Shown in pieces: positions 23,550-36,200 of a stretch of 64,000 nucleotides of DNA. The DNA lies in NCBI RefSeq assembly GCF_902713615.1, contig NC_052160.1:46032719-46096718 (forward strand). The letters run 5' to 3'. The first letter of the stretch is position 1. Each line of letters begins with the position of its first letter. The stretch is from Scyliorhinus canicula (Eukaryota). The position numbers and the translations under genes were made by a program. Below the pieces are notes generated by a model that saw nothing but the letters and a program-made list of their open reading frames with translations, ran no database searches and was not told the DNA's origin.

Positions 23550-26277
23550 ATCTAGCAGGTGCAGTTGGAGGAGTCCAACCGAGTACAGTAGCAGGAGGTG
23601 GTGCTGATTATGTATGCCTCCCAGGCCAACACCTAGTGACATCTGCGGTGAAGGCATTGGGGGGGCGACAGTTTTGGCTATGGATCAGCATATCCAAGGC
23701 CTAGGGCATTATGTGCAGGCGCTGTCTGAGGCCCAGGACAGGTTTGCTGCCTCACAGGCGGCCATGTCCCAGAGCCACCTGGAAATTGCAGCAGCGCCTC
23801 TGAGCATGGCACAGTCACAGCAGGCCGTGGCTGGGAACATGGCGGCATTTCCCAGGTGCTGGCCAATTGAGGCGCAGTCACAGCGGGAGGTAGCGCAGTC
23901 CCAGAGAGAGATAGTGCAGTCACTGGCTGATGTGACACAGACCCAGAAGGTGGTGACATAGTCAATGGATAATGTGGTGCTGTCCCAGATGGCGAAGGTC
24001 CACACTCTGCTCCATGGCCATGAGCGTGCGGACCCTGGTCGAGATCAGAGCAGGTCTCCAGGTGACGGGGGCGTCTCAGGGCATGGCTCTCCTCGCACCC
24101 CCATGGAGTAGCCCAGGAGACATCGGGCACCCCGAGGCAGGAGGAGGTGATGGGGCCCATGTCGGTGACTTCCACAGGTGAGGTGCCAGAATACCACAGC
24201 ACCTCATCTGAAAGTGGGTGCTCCTGGTTCACCAGATTCTCGATGCCTATATCGAGCCCAGGTCACGAGATGTAGATCCTTGCAAGCATTTTCATCTTGG
24301 ATATCCAGGGTGTCCATTGTATAATTCTATCAGGATTTGGCGCCAACCTGGCTGGGGCTGACTACTCAGGCTTCCCATAGGATAATGCCATCTTCTACAC
24401 TCTGCTCTTGTCGTTTAGTGAGGAAGGGTTTCATGTCATCTGTGAGGTGTCCTCCGATTCCGTGACTGAAGATCATACGACACAGTTTTACCAGTGTGGG
24501 GCTCTTGTCAACGCTTGAATCTGCTTCGCAGACACTGGCAAAGTGTGCAGGAAGTTCATGGTCATGATTATTTCTTCCAGTGCCAGGAGCCAAGCTTATG
24601 GGCAGCGGGAGGCGACTCAGGGCATCCACGTTGGCAATATGTGAATCCATAGAATAGAATCCCTACAGTGCATAAGGAAGCCATTTGGCCCATCAAGTCT
24701 GCATCAACCCTCTGAAAGAGAGCCCAGTCCCTGTAACCCCACCTAACCTACACATCTTGAAAAGAGCACCCAGGTCCAATACCTATAATCCCACCTAACC
24801 TACACATCTCGGGTCACCAAGGACAATTTAGCATGGCCAGTCCACCTAACCTGCACATCTTTGGACTATAGGAGGAAACAGGAGCACCTGGAGGAAACCC
24901 ACACAAACACTGAGAGACCGTGCAAACTCCACACAGTCACCCAAGGTCGGAATCAAACCCATGCACAATGAGGTAGCAGTGCTAACCACTCTGCTACCAT
25001 GCGTCCCCCAAGGCGTTCCTGGGCAGTGCTCAAGAGAGCTTTTTAGGCTGCTAACAATAATGCCCAATGTTGGATCCAAGCCAAGGCTATGGGTGAAAAA
25101 GATCTGTCCATTTTGAAAAGGCCCAGCAGGGGTTTATGGTCTGTTACATTTGTGAAATATCGGCTGTAGACGTAAAGGTGGAATTTCTTTGCCCTCAAAA
25201 TAACAGCCAATCCTTACTTTTCAATCTGCGAATAGCGTCTTTTCGCATCCGCCAAGGTTCTGTCTGCATATGCTATTGGTCTCTCTGTGTCATCATCCTA
25301 TCGATGGGAAAGGATTGCCCCTACTCCATATGGAGAGGCAATACCTGTTAATATCGGTTCTCTCTTGAGGTCATAATGAGACAGGATGTTTGATGATAGT
25401 AACTGCTGCTTCACCTCCGCAAAGGCTTCATCCAGCAGCGCCTGCCATGACCACTCTGGTGTATTTGTAACTGAGGGCAGGGGTGACATCTGGTATATAT
25501 TTTTAACAGAGTGTGTGCAGGAGTAACATCAAAATGACCATGTTTGGTGTAAATGTCCCAGGTAGTTTCCGAGGCCAAGGAAAGATTTTGTAATTCGAAG
25601 TTGGTGCCTCTTTGACCTCCACTTTATCCTCCACTGGGTGTAAGCCTTATTCTATCGACTCTGTAACCCAGGTCGATCACTTTGTCTGCCTGGAACACAT
25701 TTTTCTCATTTGAGATGGGCACTGGCGTCAGAAAATCATCTCAAACCTCCTTCAGGTTTGCCAGGTTCTCTTTTTCTGCAGCACCTGTGATTTAGTACGT
25801 CCTTTAAATAAACTGCCACCACTGCACCGCCGTGCTGCCCTTAAAGGCTGATAGACTTGCAAGGCTCAGGCCTGAGGTGGCTTTGGCTTCCAGCCTGGAC
25901 GGCACACATACTGCTGATTTCTGGCAAACTTGCCTGGGTCATGCTCTCTCAGCAGCCTTGTGGCTAATGTAAATCTCTGGGGATGCTTCCCTGATCTTCT
26001 AGGGTCTTTTGATATAAATCTTCTATGTTTAGAAGATCGGTTACTGATCTAAGTATGAAGCTTTATGATCGTTAGTTTACAGTTCCAATAAAGACGGACT
26101 GACGTATAGGACTTGAGGACAGGGACTACTGGTACATCCCACTCTGCGAACTGCACTGGTCGTATTAAACCATACTTTCAGGGTTAGCCGGCCATGCTTT
26201 GATATATCAGAATATCCTGACAATGTAAAATTGGTAGTGGGTGAGCCACATGGGAGTCTTCATTGGGAATGCTGGGT

Positions 26278-26280
<3 letters not shown>

Positions 26281-26349
<69 letters not shown>
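26281..26349. repeat. (TC)n microsatellite
   Basis: Perfect dinucleotide run. Confidence 0.98.
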
Positions 26350-26354
<5 letters not shown>

Positions 26355-27149
26355 CCTCCCCCCGAATACTCGCAGTATTCAGCCAGCTTCATTAATAGAA
26401 TAGATTACCAAAAGTACAACAGGCCATTCGGCCCATCAAATCTTCACCGGCCCTCTGAGACAGCATCCTATCCCAGTAACCCCACCTCTTTTTGGACACT
26501 GGGGCAATTTGGCATGGCCAATCCTCCTGACCTGCACATCTTTGGACTGTGGGAGGAAACCAGAGCACCCAAAGGAAACCCACGCAGACATGGGGAGAAC
26601 ATGCAAACTCCACACAAACAGTGACCCAAGGCTGGAGTTAAACCTGGGTCCCTGGCATTGAGAGGCAGCAGTGCTAACCACTGTGCCGCACCCCATGTCA
26701 GGAATTCTGTCACTGGTTCCCCAGGGGTCCTCCCAGCTGTGTTAAATCAGTAACGGTGGAGGATTACAGATTGCTTTGGATCATAATGGTTCTTTACTAA
26801 ACCCACAAGCTCATTGAACATTGTGGTGTTAGTGCTGCAGGATTAGTTAAACTCTTAAAAACGCTGAACGTTGGGACCCTGCATGCTGCCAAAAGGATTA
26901 CTTCATGTCTGTCATCCCCCTTCTATACCATTGGAGTAGAAGAACTAGCTCATGTGTTTGGCATACTGGGGCCAGTCCTGCATGTTCTCATCATAAGGCT
27001 CGAGCTTCCCAAACCAGGGCATTTCAAAAAGGCATTGGGGAGTTTCAAAAAGGCTGTTCAGAATTCCATGCTTGATATTCGCCTGATCCTCATCGCCAAT
27101 GTAATAATTCCAGGAGGTGCGGAGTGAAAGACCAAACTGGTTTATTTTA

Positions 27150-27373
27150 TATTGTTTATAAAATAAATTTAGAGTACCCAATTTTCTTTTTCCAATTAAG
27201 GGGCAATTTAGTGTGGCCAATCTACCTATCCTGCACACCTTTGGGTTATGGGAATGAGACCCATGCAGTCACGAGGACAATGTGCAAACTCCACACTGTC
27301 ACTGACCCGGAGCCGGGATCGAACCCGGGTCCTCGGTGCCATGAGGCAGCAGTGCTAACCACTGTGCCACCCT
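27150..27373 (-). mobile_element. A-tailed V-SINE inserted in the Gypsy LTR
   Basis: Identical 16-bp TSD AAACTGGTTTATTTTA at 27134-27149 and 27374-27389. Confidence 0.9.
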
Positions 27374-27613
27374 AAACTGGTTTATTTTAAACTGAAAATA
27401 AAGCCCCTACTGCAGACACAAAACAAACGTCCCTGCCCAGGACGATTGGGAACTGCCAGTCCGGGTCTGTAAGCTATTTCAAATGTCCCGCTAATGAGCC
27501 CCAGCTCAGTGGGCTTCTCTCCATTCACTACGGGAACTTGTATTTTACTAAGCCCTTGGCGAGATAAATCAGTCATTCCCTGTTGACCACGTGAGGTTTT
27601 TCACAGAAGGGAA

Positions 27614-27940
27614 TGCAGTGGCGTGGTGGTATTATCACTTGACTAGCAAACCAGATACCCAAAGTAATGCATTGGGGACCCAGGTTCAGATCCAGCCACT
27701 GCAGATGGTGAAATTTGAATTCAATAAAAAAAAACCTGGAATTAAAAGTCTAATGATAACCATGAAACCATATTGATTGTTGTAAAAACCCATCTGGTTC
27801 ACTAATGTCCTTTAGGGAACGAAGTCTGCATCCTTACCTGGTCTGGCCTACATGTGACTCCAGACCCACAGCAACGTGGTTGACTTTTAACTGTCCCCTG
27901 AAGGTGCAATTGGGGATGGGTAATAAATGCTGGCACAGCC
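27614..27940 (+). mobile_element. Second tRNA-derived SINE family (core CCATCTGGTTCACTAATGTCCTTTAGGGAA; another copy at about 49915-50250)
   Basis: tRNA-like head with box B (GGTTCA.ATCC); shared core and tail GGGGATGG.TAATAAATGCTGG in two copies. Confidence 0.8.
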
Positions 27941-28254
27941 GGAGATCTATACTTCATCTACTTGGCAATGATCCCTTTTGTGCTACCATCATCTCCCACT
28001 TTCCCTGCCACAATGTTTGCTTTAAACCTGTCACATTGCTAATGTTTTCCTGTCATACTGAAAGGTCATTGACCTGAAATGATTCTCTCTCTGTTTCTCT
28101 CTCCATAGATCCTGCCAGATATCCTGCATTTTCAATTTTTATTGCAGATTTCCAGCACCAACTAGTATTTTATGCTTATGTATGGAATTGTTTGTTTTAT
28201 TAGCTACTCCTTTAATATTGGTCAAACTATTACTGAAGTATTTATTGTTTTCAG

Positions 28255-28384
28255 ACCTGGGCGCAGATAATGTCAGTGGTACCCTCAGCTCATTGACCAA
28301 CTGCAATCCAGATGCTCGAGATTCAGCTAACTTTGATATGTTTGCACAGACCAGAAGTAATTCTCTGGCTGATCAGCGCAAAAA
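28255..28384 (+). CDS. TOM1L2: TOM1L2 exon, (D)LGADNVSGTLSSLTNCNPDARDSANFDMFAQTRSNSLADQRK(N)
   Basis: tttcAG at 28253-28254, GTaagt at 28385; 130 nt, phase 1/2; FDMFAQTRxNSLA motif. Confidence 0.96.
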
Positions 28385-28499
28385 GTAAGTGTTCCCAAGT
28401 CTGAATAGAAATGTGTATGATACTAACATGTGAAGAGTTAACTTCCCGTTGCACATCTAGCTACAGCAAATATTTGAAATGTATATTTTTTCCTTGTAG

Positions 28500-28575
28500 T
28501 GTAACATATGAGGACTTGCAGTCAGTTGGAGGATTGGCAACTGCCATTGATGTTCGACAAAATAATGCAGCAGTG
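28500..28575 (+). CDS. TOM1L2: TOM1L2 exon, (N)VTYEDLQSVGGLATAIDVRQNNAAV
   Basis: ccttgtAG at 28498-28499, GTaaga at 28576; 76 nt, phase 2/0; VTYEDxQxVGGLA motif. Confidence 0.95.
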
Positions 28576-28809
28576 GTAAGAGCGCCAACTCTTTTTTTTT
28601 TATTGAATGAAAACATTATTTCCATGTAAATGTTTTAAGTTCTTTCACAATATTAGTATTTCAATTGAAAGATGGGTGATTAAACCAGTCATGCAAAATT
28701 TGCTTGTTACACCAAATTATAATGAACAATATAACTGAGGAATTTAATTTTCAAGAACACCCTCTATCTTTTATACTAGATTTGTTATATTTTGGTTCTA
28801 CTGTTTATT

Positions 28810-29695
28810 GTGCACGATTCTCCTGCCGCGTTGTGCTCTCGCTTCTTCAGTGCAACACCGGTCGGAGAATGCCGGGAGAGGTTTGCAGCAAGCCTCTTAA
28901 CAGACTCTGCGCCTCCTGGGATTCTCTGAAATCCTGTGAGATGTCAGATTCGAACCCCACTCCAAATAGGAGGACCCAATGACGCTCGCACAAGTAGTGT
29001 GTAAACCTACCTACCTGCGCGGGATCCACCGGCCTCCTTTGATTCTCCAGCCTCCCAGGCCAATCAATGCTGGTCCACAAAACGTGGAACAGGTGACGGC
29101 ACCCGAGGGGGTCTCCTGGGCCATCGGAGACCCCTGGGTGGTCAAGATAAGTACAAGGTGGCTCCCTGGCTCTCCCCTGGAATGCAGGCACCATGACACC
29201 TTGGCACTGCCAACCTGGCACTGTCAATGTGCCTGGATGGCACTGTCAAGCCAACAGGAGCACTGCCAGGGTGGCAGTGCCAAGGATCAGGAGGCGAGAG
29301 GTAGAATGCCCATGAAATGAGTGTGGAGGGGGCGGTTTGAAGTGTGGGGTAGTGCAGGGCAGCTAAGTAGGGGCCTCTGGGAGGTTGGGTGGGTGAGGGG
29401 GTGTGCCTGAAGAGGGGGTATCACTTAGTGTGGTATCCTCACTTGGGGGGAGGGGCGGATTGGTGCGTGTGGGGGACCATGGTTGTGGAACCCACAAGCT
29501 TGCTTAGAGATTGGGGTACCAGTGCAAAAAAAAACTTGTAAGTGTGGGCTAAACCAATGAGAAACTCCCCAGGACCCAAAGAAGTGACTAAGTGTCTTTG
29601 AATAGCAGTAGGGAACTCGTCGGCAGAGCCGGAAGGAAACTCCCTGAAGAACCCGCCACAAATTAACTTTGTTATTTTTTGGGAGAATCGCGCCC
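28810..29695. mobile_element. Non-autonomous Harbinger-like element
   Basis: TIRs GTGCACGATTCTCC / GGAGAATCGCGCCC; internal GGCACTGCCA repeats shared with 50735-51393 and 56498-57608. Confidence 0.7.
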
Positions 29696-30504
29696 ACTCT
29701 TTTGCATGTTGTGTTAACACCACAGATGGCTGCGTGGTTTGCTTTCATTTTAAACAACAGCCCCAAAGGTGCCACTAGATGATGTCATATTCATCTGCTC
29801 AATTATAAGGCTTGCGTTTAAAATATTTTGAGTGTTAAATAGCCATTGCACTTTAAAATACCTTCCCCCTTGTATTGCACTTGACCAGATACTACGAGGC
29901 TAGTGACCTGCTTTAAGACAATTCTCATTCCCTCCTGAAATTGGTTGCTAGTATCTAGAATGAATCAGCACAGGTTAAATGTCCCTTTATTGTACTTTTG
30001 GACTGATGCTTTTGCTTGACATTTACCCAATGTAATGGTTGAGATTCATGCATGGTTTGGAAAATGACCTGTAAGCTTAGCATTCAGTGACATGGCAAAT
30101 ACGTCACCAAAATATCAACCACTAGATGATTCGCCATTTCTAAAACACAAGCAATTTCTGTAATGTTAACACCTACAAAATCAAAGTGTATCCAATGGCT
30201 TGATCACATACTGCTGCTAAAGCACATACAGCTGCAGAAATATGTATTATGATTGTAGATTACAATACTGCAGATTTGAGTTGGTGATTCCCTGATTTTA
30301 TAACTCTCTTACTACAGAGAAGTTCAGAATACAGGCCATACAGCAAGGGAGAATAAAATGTTCTGTCCTCAGTTTATCCACACCTCCCAGTTAAAAATGA
30401 CAGCAGCAACATATCTTCCACTGAATTGAGCATCCCAAGGCACTTTACGTGTCAATATTGCACACTAAGCAGAAAGTAGGAGAGGGGAGGTTACTAAATG
30501 CACA

Positions 30505-30933
30505 GGGTGAGATTCTTCGCAAATGCGGAGAATCGTAAAGGCTGCCGTGGGGCAGGCCATCACCCACGGCAGCCTCCGCGCCCACTTCCGGGACCCGATT
30601 TCCCCCCCCCCCCCCCCCTTGTGACGTCAGCCGCGCATGCGCAGTTGCCGTCTTTTCCCTCAGCCGCCCCGCAAGACGTGGCGGCTTGATCTTGCCGGGT
30701 GGCGGAGGGAAAAGAGTGCGTCCGTTACGGACGCAAGGCCTGCGATCGGTGGGCACTAATCACGGGCCTGTGCCCCCCTTGGCACGGCCGTGGTACTGCC
30801 GTGCCAATTGGGCCCCTAGATGCCCCAAACGGACATCAGGCGCCCGTTTCACGACGGCAGCGACCAGGTGTGATTGCTGCCGTGTTGAAACGGGCGTGAA
30901 GGCTCGGCCCATCGGCCTCGGAGAATCGCAGTC
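30505..30933. mobile_element. GC-rich Harbinger-like MITE
   Basis: Ends GGGTGAGATTCT / AGAATCGCAGTC; CpG-rich island in AT-rich intron. Confidence 0.6.
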
Positions 30934-32509
30934 ATTGTATAAACTTTGAGGTGGCTTTTGAATGTATTGTGAGAAGATGAAGAGACTTCAGAAGATCACA
31001 GGGACATGCAGCAATGCTCTGCCATTTGAGTAAATGAAGAGGTTGTGTAATAGAGCTTCTCCCCCCACTTTCCACAGTCATTATCAAGTTTAGCTTGTAA
31101 TATATATAAGTAGGGGTGGCGTACTTAAGTCAATAAAGGGTTCTGGGTTTAAAATTACAGTCGGGTACAAAAGTGAACTTTCACTCCAAATTTAGTTTTC
31201 TCTAACTTTTATTCTGAATTGTATTAGCTGTAAGAGGGGTGGCACAGTGGTTAGCACTGCTGCTTCATGTCACTGAGGTCCCGGGTCACTGTGTGGAGTC
31301 TGCACATTCTCCCTGTGTTTGCGTGGGTCTCACCCCCCCACTACCCAAAGATGTTTAGGGTAGGTGAATTGGCCACACTAAATTGCCCCTTAATTGGGAA
31401 AATATAATTAAGTACTCCAAAAAAGTTTAAAAGCTATAATAGACTTGCACTGTAGGTGAAAATAAGAATTGTGCAATTTGCCATGATTTACTTAGTCGAA
31501 CTAAGTAAAGTGTGAAACTTCAGTTATCCTGAATGAGCAGATTTAGATTTGAATAATAAAATGGAATGATTACTGCAAATTCAAACTTTGTTTTTGTCAT
31601 CACTTGTACCAAACATTTACTCTTGGGAGGGGGGGGCTGCTATTGACTCTTGTACAGTATTCAGTCCACATTGCAGTTTTCAATTTAAAATCCTACGGGC
31701 ACCAGCCCTGTGACATCACAAGCGAACATCCGTGATAGTCTCTCCATTTTATGGAATCTTTATTTTCTTGAAATGTGTTTGGAATCCCAAAGTAATTGTA
31801 TGAAATTACAAAAGAAACTACAACTTCTCGAACTTTGTTTCTGGATAATTACTTATGTCCATGAGGATTATATACAATTTGCTTTTCTATGGTCCTTTGT
31901 GTTACTAATTGCTCCTCCCAACATTTTGTCTGTGTTTTACTAAATTTCAACAATTTAGTAATTGTCTAGGTTGCTGTTCAGTTGAGCTTAACTTCAACCC
32001 GTATTATTTGTCGTAGGGCCAACTGTAGTTATCTGTCGGTAGTTGTTGTGATTTGTCTTTTGTAGAGGCTTTTCCTTCTGGGCTTCATTCCTTTCATTTT
32101 ATATTCAAATTGCTGAAAAGGGTTATTTTACCAAATGGGTTAAGTGGAATGTTCAGACACAAGCGGAAATCACTTTTTGTATGTGTGCACATTTGATGAA
32201 ATTGCCACAGTCTTCCTAAACCAGCAAATATCAGTTTATTACTGTCATCTGGACTTTAAAGGCTGTTTCCAAATCTGTCTGAAAGGATTGGGCACGGAGG
32301 AGGCTGCAGGTGGTGTCTACGGGTAAGGCAGTGGAGCAGCTCAGAAAGGCGAGGGGTGCGGTATATGAATATGGAGAGGAAGCCAGCAGGATGCTGGCTC
32401 AGCAGCTCAAAGAGGGAGGCGGCTGGGGCAATAGGTAAAGTGGTGGATGGAGGCGGTAACTTGGTAGGGGATGCGGCAGGTGTGAACAATGTGATACTGA
32501 ACAGGTGTG

Positions 32510-35005
32510 ATATCGCCCCTTTTACCCTCCTCAGCTGCCCCTTTGCCTTACCTGTGGACAGGAGCCCAAATTCCATTTGACGTCTCTGACGCCCCTTCAG
32601 GAGCTCCTCATCCGGAGACTCCGCATATCTCCTGTCCACCTGTAAGATTTCACGTACCAGCCTGTTCAACTCCGCCCGTTCAGTCTTCTCCCTCTGGGCC
32701 CGAATCAAAATAAATTCCTTTCTGATAACTGCCTTCAATGCTTTCCAAACCACCCCTGTCATGGTCTCACCCGTGTTGTTGCTCTTTATGTATGGCCTCG
32801 AATGGCCTCCTTCACCTGCTCACAGACCTCATCCTCTGCTAGCAGCCCTACATCTAACATCCACTGCTGATGCTGGGTCTTTCCTGTGCACACCCATAGG
32901 TCTATCCAGTGTGGGGCGTGATCTGATACCACGATTGCTGAGTATTCTGAGCCCTCCACCTCTGCGAGCAGTGTTTTGTCAAGTACGAAAAAGTCTATCT
33001 TGGAATACACCTTGTGCACATGGGAGTAAAATGAATACTCCTTGCTCCTTGGCCTCCCGAATCTCCACAGATCCCCCCCCCCCCCCCCCCCCCCCACTTT
33101 CATGCTCTCCATGAACCCCCGCAGCTCATTTGCCATTGTGCGAGCCGAGGTCTGGAATCTTCCCCATCATCCTACTGACAAACGAGACATCATCCCAGTT
33201 TGGGACGTATATATTTACCAATACCACAGCCATTCCCTCCAGCATCCCACTGATCATAATCTACCTCTATCCTTCCCATCTCGAATGCCACCTTTTTATT
33301 AACCAGAATTCCCCCCCCCTTGTTTTAAAGTGCAATCCCGAATGAAACACCTGTTGCCTCAAGTGCGCGAACACATGGGCTCTTTTGACTGGCCCATTCA
33401 GTCCACGAACATTCCACGTGACCAGCCTGGTCGGGGGGCGCCCGTGCCCCACACCTCACCTGGCCCACCCCCGGGCAGCTACAATCATCCACTCTCTTCC
33501 TCCAGCACCTTAAAAGTCCCCTCCTCATCAGTAGTTTACCTCTTTCTCTTTTTCCTCCCCCCCACATTAATCTTCAGCTCACCCCCCACTTTGCTTCCAT
33601 GAACTAGTCCTCCCAGCTAGCCTGGCAGCTCCCGCCCCCTGGCGCCTAGCATCCTACCACCTGCTGGTCCCTCCCCCCCCCCTCACTCTTAGTACACGTT
33701 TCCAAAACAATGGCAAAAAGCACAAAAAAAACAAACAAACAGTCCCTCCCAAGGTCCAAGGACAAAGGCCCACCCCTCCTCCCTGAACAAAATCTCATCT
33801 AGTCAAACATCTTCAAACAGAACCAGATGGAACAGACCAAGGGAAAAAACGAAAAAGGAGCTATACATGCAGAAACTCAAACAACTTTTTGAACATCGCA
33901 AACTAAATTACAAAGTTAAAAGTTTTTACAAGGCAAAACATCACTTCTAACTCAGTTCTCCACAGTCAAGGTCCTTGTTTTTCCCATCGGGTTATTGCCC
34001 TTCATAAAGTCCGCCATGTCCTCCGGCGAGCCAAAATACAGCTTCCGACCCTCCTAGGTCACCCATAGGCGGACCTGGTAAAGCAGTCCAAACTTTATTT
34101 GCTTCTCATACAGGGATGTCTTGACTTTATTAAAGATCTCCCTCCTCTTTGCGAGTTCTGCTCTCAAGCCCTGGTATACCCGGATCTCAGCATCTTCCCA
34201 CATGCACTGTTTCGTCTGCCTGGCCCAATTCCTGATACGTTCCTTATCTCGGAACCGATGCAGTCGTACCAGCATCGCCCTCGGGGGCTCACACCCCTGG
34301 GGCTTATGCATAAGCGCTCTGTGGGCCCGGTCCACCTCCCAAAGGCTTGGGGAACGCACCCTCCCCTATCGGCTTCTCCAGCATCTTCCCCACATACACA
34401 CCGGCATCCAATCCTTCCTTCCCCTCAGGCAGACCAACAATCCAGATAGTCTGTCTCTGAGAATGATTCTCCAGGTCCTCCACTTTCTCCAGCATTCGTT
34501 TCTGTTGGTCCTGTAGCATAGCGATCTCTGCTGCCAGTGTGGTGGACTAACCTCTCGTTCCGCCGCCAGCTCCTCCAGCCTCTGGATCGCATGCCCCTGG
34601 GTCGTCAATCTCTCCTCCACACAATCGACCACTGTCCTAATCGAGTCCACCGCCCGGGCCAGGTCCTCCGCACACTCCTTGCGATGTTGAGTGAACTTCT
34701 CAGTAAAGAAGTTCACCAACTGGTCCATCGACTATTGAGCTGGTGAGGTCAGACCCTGTGTCCCTGCCATTTCCTCCTTCAAACTCTGGTCCTCACTTCC
34801 AACCCACTTCTGATTCCTCCCTTTTTCGATTTTTTTTCCTTGGGCTCAGCTCCATAAACTAGGGGTCACCTCCTTCTCATCTTGCTTTTGCACCTTTTTT
34901 TGGAAAAATTCCTGTGGAAATCCAGCTTAAAATCCACAAAAAGACCACCTAGAGCGGGAGCTGCCAAATGTGTGACCTTTCACTCCATGGCCGCCACCGG
35001 AAGTC
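32510..35005 (-). mobile_element. L1-clade LINE, 5' half (5'UTR, ORF1, inter-ORF, ORF2 endonuclease), degenerate
   Basis: 5' end GACTTCCGGTGGCGGCCATGG; ORF1 fragments (DLENHSQR..IVGLPEG, DRAHRAL); endonuclease motifs TWNVRGLN, YSKIDFF, SDHAP. Confidence 0.9.
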
Positions 35006-36128
35006 GTCCCACCTCTTCAATCAGAGCTGGGATCGTGGCAGCTTTGTTGCCTCTCAGTGACAATTCTCTACATGTGAGAAGTGTGTCCTTGCAGATTACT
35101 TGATTTGTGGAGGAGAGGGGAAATGCAGCCAAGTCCAACGCTGTCCTTCCAATAAAGGTCACCTAGATAGTGATAAGACTGGGGAAATGTGGCTTACTTC
35201 TCCCAAACCCAAGAATTCTGAGTACTTGGGCTCAGTGTTTGCAGCACTTCGCCCTGAGCAAGTTCACTCCAAGTCTGTGACCCTGGTCTAGGTAGATTAC
35301 ATGATGCACTTGACTACTGAATTTTGGGGGATGTGGATCATAGCAACATTGAGTATGTATGCACCGAGAAGTGGAATGGCAAAAAGCACGAAAAAAACAA
35401 ACAATCCCTCCCAAGGTCCAAGCACAAAGGCCCACCCCTCCTCCCTGAACAAATTAACCTTATTCAGGTCACAATTGTCTGAGTAAAGTGGCAACATGAA
35501 CACTTGGTGCAGAAATGCTGCCGCTGTAACCATCACGGATTAATGGGAGCATAGGACTGTGTTCAAGTATGACTTTTAATATCCTCGGCCTGAGATAAAC
35601 AAAACAGCTGCTTTGCTGAAGTGTGCAAGCATGATTTGGTAATGTGCTTCTTGGCTAAATACACTTTGATTGAAAGGACTTCCCGTTCAAGTGCACAAAT
35701 TTGAATTGTTTCTGGTGCTTACGTGTGTACATTTTGTGTCTGAATTTGTTATAGTTTGACCATGTAACCTGTTTATTATTCTAATCAGTTTATACTCTGA
35801 ATCTTGCCAAACGGATCATTTTGCCAGGGTATGTTATATAAATGATGGTGGAGGAATATTACTAAACAAATAAGTCCTTTATTTTTGGCCTCGTATCAAC
35901 TTCAAAGTAGAGAATAACCTTTCTCAATCCATTCATGACCATCCATTATTTTTATTATCTTCAAAGTAAAAATTATTACTTCTGTGCAAATATTTGTGTT
36001 TTTTTTGGTAAAAATTTTACCAGTGTGGTGAAGATATTCTACAGTAATCTGATGTGGATTTCTCTCTTCCTTCTTGGCTTTGTCCTTTTATTTTAAACTG
36101 CGGGGCCTGTGGGAATGTTCTGTAACAG

Positions 36129-36200
36129 ATGCAGCTGAACATTAGAACTGACAATCCAGACATCGAGCCTATAGACAAGTGGCTCATGACACAAGGAATG
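36129..36200 (+). CDS. TOM1L2: Probable alternative (cassette) TOM1L2 exon, MQLNIRTDNPDIEPIDKWLMTQGM
   Basis: aacAG at 36127-36128 after an AG-free stretch of about 82 nt, GTgagc donor at 36201; 72 nt, phase 0/0, open in the TOM1L2 frame, in TE-free intron. It lies between the VTYED exon and the IPVA exon. Confidence 0.8.

Larger units (their letters stand above)
24240..27605 (-). mobile_element. Heavily deleted Gypsy LTR retrotransposon (5' LTR about 27100-27605, PBS, gag start, RT/RNase H/integrase remnants) with nested SINEs
   Basis: Minus strand TGTGA...TTACA LTR followed by TTGGCGATGAG PBS; MPWFGKLEPYD..DW gag start; ASPYGVGAILSH (RNase H-like); ANVDALSRLPLP. Confidence 0.82.
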
